Shown here one piece after another: positions 58,368 to 64,000 of a stretch of DNA of 64,000 nucleotides; position 1 is the stretch's first letter; each line of letters starts with the position of its first letter. The DNA is taken from contig OZ024743.1 in NCBI GenBank assembly GCA_964016885.1, positions 309,132,001 through 309,196,000 of the forward strand. The letters run 5' to 3'. Source of the DNA: Eledone cirrhosa. Taxonomy: Eukaryota. The translations under genes were made by a program, and so were the position numbers. The notes below the pieces were generated by a model. That model searched no databases, was not told where the DNA came from, and worked only from the letters and a program-made list of their open reading frames with translations.

Positions 58368-59072
58368 TTGGCCTTTAACGTATGTTGTAGCTCTGATTCA
58401 TTCTGAATCATCGAGCGCTTGCCACACATCTCGGAAGTTGTTTTTCGTTAATTCCTGAGCCGAAATACGATTCTCGCTAATTTATATTTGTATTAATCTC
58501 CAGAGTTTAACTATTGACCAGTTAATTTTCTTGATTTTTTAGTTGATTCTATTGACTGATGTTAAATTTAACCATTCTGTCGAGAGCTTTATTCAATTTG
58601 TGATATTTTGCATTCTTGCAATATTATACATAACTGAATCCATTCGCCTAAAATAAGTGTTGCCTCCATTGCTGAACTCCACGTAGAGTCAGTAATAGTC
58701 ACACTTTGGATTAGCAATTGCGTAAAAACCTGTTGATAAAGTGGCTTCCTTGTTCAATCATCTTACCAGAAGCCTAACATTTTTTATATAAGCGGACAGT
58801 ACTTGATTTAGGAGTCGCAGAAACCCAAATACTGGTTTTTACCAACCTTCCAGGGGTTCGGGTAAATTTTCAATCACATATATTTTTATTGTTTGACCCG
58901 AATTACTTGGTTGTTTCTTTGGCTGTGCGGATGTTTTGTTTAACCATCATCTCAGTGTGTTTGGCCTTTAACGTATGTTGTAGCTCTGATTCATTCTGAA
59001 TCATCGAGCGCTTGCCACACAACTCGGAAGTTGTTTTTCGTTAATTCCTGAGCCGAAATACGATTCTCGGTA
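58368..59072 (+). mobile_element. ~592-bp unit with ~110-bp terminal direct repeats, hammerhead-like junction 58729-58854
   Basis: tttggcctttaacgtatg...gattctcg repeated at 58368 and 58960; homologous to 3860-4360. Confidence 0.7.
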
Positions 59073-59096
59073 ATTTATATATATATATACACACAC

Positions 59097-59199
<103 letters not shown>

Positions 59200-59957
59200 C
59201 ACATGTGTGTACATGTTTGTATGTATGTCTATGTACGTGTGTGTGTAATATATGTTTGTGTGTGTGTATGTGTGTGTATATATATCTCAATTTACATAGT
59301 CTTATGTAATTATATGTATTTTTGTACATCAATGTGTTTATGTACGAGTTGCGCGGGGGTGTGTGCGTGTGTTTATACCCTACTATTTTGTTTGTTACTT
59401 TTTCGGCTGTCTGGTCAGTTGGATACATATATTAAGTCAACAACTCGAAATGCGCTTATGTTTGGTTCTATGTATACTCACGCATGTATATATGTGTGTA
59501 TGTATGTGTATGTATATGTATATGTATACGTATGTATATATATATTATATATATATATATGTATGTATATGATGTGTGTGTATGTGTGTGTGTATGTATG
59601 TGTGTATGTATACCTGTATGTATGTGTGTGTGTTTATGTATGTGTGTGAGTATGTGTATATATGCGTGTATGTAGGTGTATATGTAAGTATATATATATA
59701 CTTACATATACACCTACATACACGCATATATACACATACTCACACACATACATCCACACACACACACGTACACACACAGACAAACATATATATATATATA
59801 TATATATATTTATTTGTACCCTCTAACCTTACGTTCTGCTTCAGTGTGTATATTTTCCCGTTATTTTATTTCTTATCTTTATTTTATTATATTTCAGCCT
59901 CGCTTTCATTTGTAATAGCCTTTGTTTTTAAATTCATATCTTACGTCTATATTAAAT

Positions 59958-60030
59958 TTTCATTCTGATGAACGATTTGAGACGTCTCTGTTGAGCTCGT
60001 CTCTCTTCGTGAAACCTCTGGTAAATGGAA
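59958..60030 (+). ncRNA. Type I hammerhead
   Basis: tttcatt CTGATGA acga..tcgt GAAAC CTCTG GTA aatggaa. Confidence 0.82.
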
Positions 60031-61159
60031 TAATTGTCGTATGTTGTTTATTACATAAATATATATAAATATATATAAAAATGTGGGTAATATTATCCAA
60101 TTACAAGTATGAGAATAGCTCAATATAAAATAACACGTATATTACAGCGCCGAAATACCTTAGACACAACACTCAAAGAGTGTTTAGAATATTTAATCAC
60201 TTACGATCGTCTCATCCTAACGCAAGGCCGAAATCATCGGAGTATATAATAAAAGTTAAAACACAAATAAAATATCAGAAGTTTGTCATGAACATTTTGA
60301 GGATACATAATATGGGAAGAAAGCATAAGTATCAACATTTATATAAGAAAAGATAGCGAATGTAGAAGAAGCATATGAAAAATATGAGCATGGAAATGCA
60401 ATAAAATAAAATTAGGAGCAGCTAAAAGCATTACAAATTAAAAAAAACATGCTGAAACATGCTGCTATAAAGAAGTTATGAATAGGGCAAGACATATATC
60501 ATAATTAGTAAATAATCATATATCATAATCATTACAAACACTAGCAGAATAACACCACCCTTCGGGTGGTTTTCTGCTAGCATGTGTGGTGTGTATATTG
60601 ATATTATACGCCAGTATATATACATGTAGATATGATACATCAAATAAAATCGTAATAGACAATATATAATACATAGAAATTGAGCGAAAACTACGTTACA
60701 CTGTCTTATATGATCACTAACGTAATCCATGATACATTAAAAAAGACGATATTATATATAAACTGCATTAGGAGAAAATTAGTGACAGAAAACTAGTATG
60801 TTTATTTAAGCGATGGCCAACCGGAAGTGTTGACATTTCAAAAATTTTAAAGAAGTGAATCTTTAAATAAACAAAATATATTTAATCAATAGCCACGAAA
60901 TTTAGTAGATAAATTATGTAATATTCATTCATTATTTATTCAAAGTAATCCAACTTATTTTACTAATGGGATAAAAAAAGTATAAACCATACGCAGTCCC
61001 GCGTTCCTCCCTTTATTATAGTTTAGATTTATAAAGTTAATAAGAACAGATGTGCAGTTCAGCTATGAATTTAAGAATATAAAAATGCATCTCCAAAATA
61101 TATTTTAATAAAAAGTTCGACTGCGTCATTCAGTCAAAAAGATAGACTATTATTTTTCA

Positions 61160-61560
61160 AAAGTAATAATTGTTTCTACTTTTGGCACAAGGCTAGCAAT
61201 TATCCCAGTGCATTACTGGTACTTCATTTTATCGACCCCATAAGGATGAAAGGTAAAGTTAACCTCGATGGGATTTGAACTCAGATCGTAAAGGGACGTA
61301 ACTATGTTGGAAAGCATGGCGTCCGACCCTCTACCGATACTGCCATTACAAAAGTAATAATTGTTTCTACTTTTGCCACAAGGCCAGCAATTATCCCAGT
61401 GTATTACTAGTACTTAATTTTATCGACCCCATAAGGATGAAAGGCAAAGTTAACCTCGGCGGGATTTGAACTCAGACCATAAAGGGCCGTAACTCTTTGT
61501 TGCAAAGCCTGGCGTCCGACCCTCTACCGATACTGCCAATCCACCGCCCAAAAGTAATAA
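61160..61560 (-). mobile_element. Two tandem SINE copies inserted in the Penelope-like tail
   Basis: Two ~190-bp copies with gggatttgaactcag; aaagtaataat at the boundaries. Confidence 0.8.
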
Positions 61561-62034
61561 TATCGGATGAGTGTAGTCAGAAAAATCAAAATCAAATATA
61601 TGTTAAAGTGTTATTATTATTAATCAAACCATTCAAAGGAATTAATGTTGAGTAAATATAATCAGGAAAGTAAAATCCAATATAGAATAAGTGTTCTCAT
61701 TGAAAAAAAGCACCATATATTTGAATAGGAGGGAGAAAGTCTTATATACTAAGCATAAATAACTCCATCTTAACATAGAGTTTGAAAATTTATCGTAAGT
61801 TGATGGTTGATACAAAATTAAGAATAAAAGGGAGGTAATTCAAAAAATATGTTTTATAAGAGAGTTACACATTATTAAATGGAAAAATAAATATTTAGTA
61901 AGTCAAGGTGTAATTACATAACAAATTATTAGGTTTAATGATTATAGAACTAAGGAATTATTAAAAAATTTTAAAACTATTTAAAAAATAATAATTTACA
62001 AAATACAAATAAAATAATTTGTCAATAATTACTA

Positions 62035-62120
62035 AAATGCTATGTATTATAAAAAATGCTATGTATTATTAAAAAAATGCTATGTATTATAAAAAAAATG
62101 CTATGTATTATTAAAAAAAT
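62035..62120. repeat. Minisatellite aaaatgctatgtattat x4
   Basis: Visible direct tandem repeats. Confidence 0.85.
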
Positions 62121-64000
62121 TTATAAACATGTGCTAAATAATATCGAACGATAAACAAGTATAAGAAAGGATAAAAAAGTTTTTAAAATTATCTAAGGAT
62201 AAAAAGATTTATACTAATTAAATAAATATTTAATAAATTATATCAGTATTGAAGGTATACTACTGAAAAATCGAGAGTGAGGCAATGGTTAATATCTAGT
62301 ATAATATTAGTAAAAATAGATTCAGATAAAAGTGAGTCTTATTAAAGATAATGAAATAATATAATAATATAATAAAATAATAAGATGTCTAAATGTGATG
62401 GGGTGGTTATAATAAATTGCAATCAAAATTGTAGGGATCAGAACAGTGTTGATATAAGAATGTAATGATACTAATATTACTAAGATATATATATAAATAA
62501 ATCTACATTGGTATAAGATAGTTACTAGATTTAAAGTAAAAAGAATGGTGATTAATATGAGGACAAGTGGAAAAAATCTTAAATTTCCTATTTAATAAAT
62601 TTAATTTAGAATAAATAATAGTATGGGACTCAAGAAGACAAACATTACAAAATTTATTGGGAGGTTTATAAGAAGGAGTTTTTGTAATCACATTCCAGGA
62701 CAGGGTGTAAGGTGTATTATTACTCTTCAGAAATGATATGAAATTAGATAAAGAGGTTGCATGCTTAACCTTAGAGTTCTTAAGAGTATGAAGATGTGAA
62801 TTATACCTCGTCTTGAAACTATTCGATGTAGAACCGATATTGGTTTTCGAGTAGGAGGAAGATATGACAGTGCAGGAATAAATAATATTCTTAACAAGAC
62901 AGTTTCCATTAAGAGCATACATTATTAGGCCTACAATTACAATTATAACTATTGCATTTATATGCTCATATTTTTCATATGCTTCTTCTACCTTTGCTAT
63001 CTTCTCTTATATAAATGTTGATACTTATGCTTACTTCCCATATTATGTATCCTCATAATGTTCTTATGACAAACTTCTGATATTATATTTGTGTTTTTAC
63101 CTTTATCATATACTCCGATGAATTCAGCCTTGTGCTAGGATGAAACGATCGTAAGTGATTCAATGTTCTGAACAAGCTTTGATTGTTGTTTATAAAGTAT
63201 ATATATATTAATAGTAATAAGAATAATCGAAGTTGCATCTGCAAGTAGCAGATTAGCCCCGATCATCGAAGACTGTCACAAAGCATTCTATGATAGAGTA
63301 ATTGATAAATTTACCCTCAGAATGAACACAAGAAGTTAGGTAATAGTGACACCATGAATAATGTGACCAGAGGCATGTTTCCACATTAATACTACAACAA
63401 CGAAACATACAGACAGGTTAAAGACGAACCTGGACCTGATCAATAAATATTAATCGATAAATATCACCGATAGGTTTCTGGGAATCTGGAAGTTACTCTC
63501 CAAGTTGCGTAATGTATATGCAAATCAGTAATGCATCCTAAGATGGAACGGGGGATCTCCCTTCTTCAACAGGTTTTTCGTTCCAAGTATCCACTTTCAT
63601 GGGGTTCTGAGACAACACCGCCATTCGACTGTAGCAGTAAATTTGGCAGGTCACGTGTCATTACTCAAAAAGAGGAATGTCATTTTCCTGAGTTTTTGTG
63701 GGTACATTTAAAAGTGAGAACAAAGGATTTATTCACAGTCTCGAGGTAAGCGCTCAACTAGGTTTTCAAACAAACAATTAAACAATCAATTAATTAATTA
63801 ATTATAAAGGCTAGGAGAAAATAATATTAGTAATGTGTACAATCGAAGTTTCTGCTGCAAGTAGCATATTAGCACCTGATCTGCGAAGACTGTCACAGAG
63901 CACTCGATGATAGAGTAATTAATACATTTCTCCTGTCTCGTAGTCTGGTGACAGTTGGGGCGCCACAGATGACCTGTCAACCAACTCCTTCCATTCCTCT

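Larger units (their letters stand above)
60080..63200 (-). mobile_element. Penelope-like 3' fragment with ~2.3-kb tail and inverted pLTR; CCGAUGA-core HHRs
   Basis: GIY-YIG ORF 62503-62922; inverted arms ~60165-60420 and ~62960-63195; HHRs 60199-60243 (-) and 63112-63156 (+). Confidence 0.82.

Noticed and set aside
59003-59071. Three-way junction with CGCTTGCCA in place of CUGANGA
   Set aside because: The homologous copy at ~3865-3905 does not keep the pairing, and the motif may be an ORF start (ATG GAG CGC TTG CCA)

Overview
AT-rich eukaryotic (animal) genomic DNA saturated with (TA)n/(CA)n/(TG)n microsatellites; the SINE families and repeat style resemble cephalopod (Octopus-like) DNA (inference). 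Almost all listed ORFs are microsatellite artefacts. Real content: (1) one host gene missed by the ORF track, five small + strand exons (16330-16371, 17836-17889, 24838-24952, 32450-32563, 36392-36465) that splice in phase into a 132-aa secreted pre-pro-peptide (signal peptide, propeptide ending in KR, 8-Cys mature region) behind a TATA box; (2) many Penelope-like retroelements (RT + GIY-YIG) and non-autonomous derivatives inserted in (TA)n tracts, often with inverted pseudo-LTRs, including a 4-kb palindrome; (3) roughly 30 hammerhead-ribozyme (HHR) motifs read by eye, including canonical type I cores, a recurrent U3:A8 covariant core (UUGANAA), U4C/U4A variants, tandem retrozyme-like units (427 bp, 556 bp, ~592 bp) and divergent hammerhead-like junctions; (4) a near-full-length RTE-clade LINE, a decayed R4/Dong-like LINE, a non-autonomous Helitron and tRNA-derived SINEs. 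All RNA folds were paired by eye and none has been tested.
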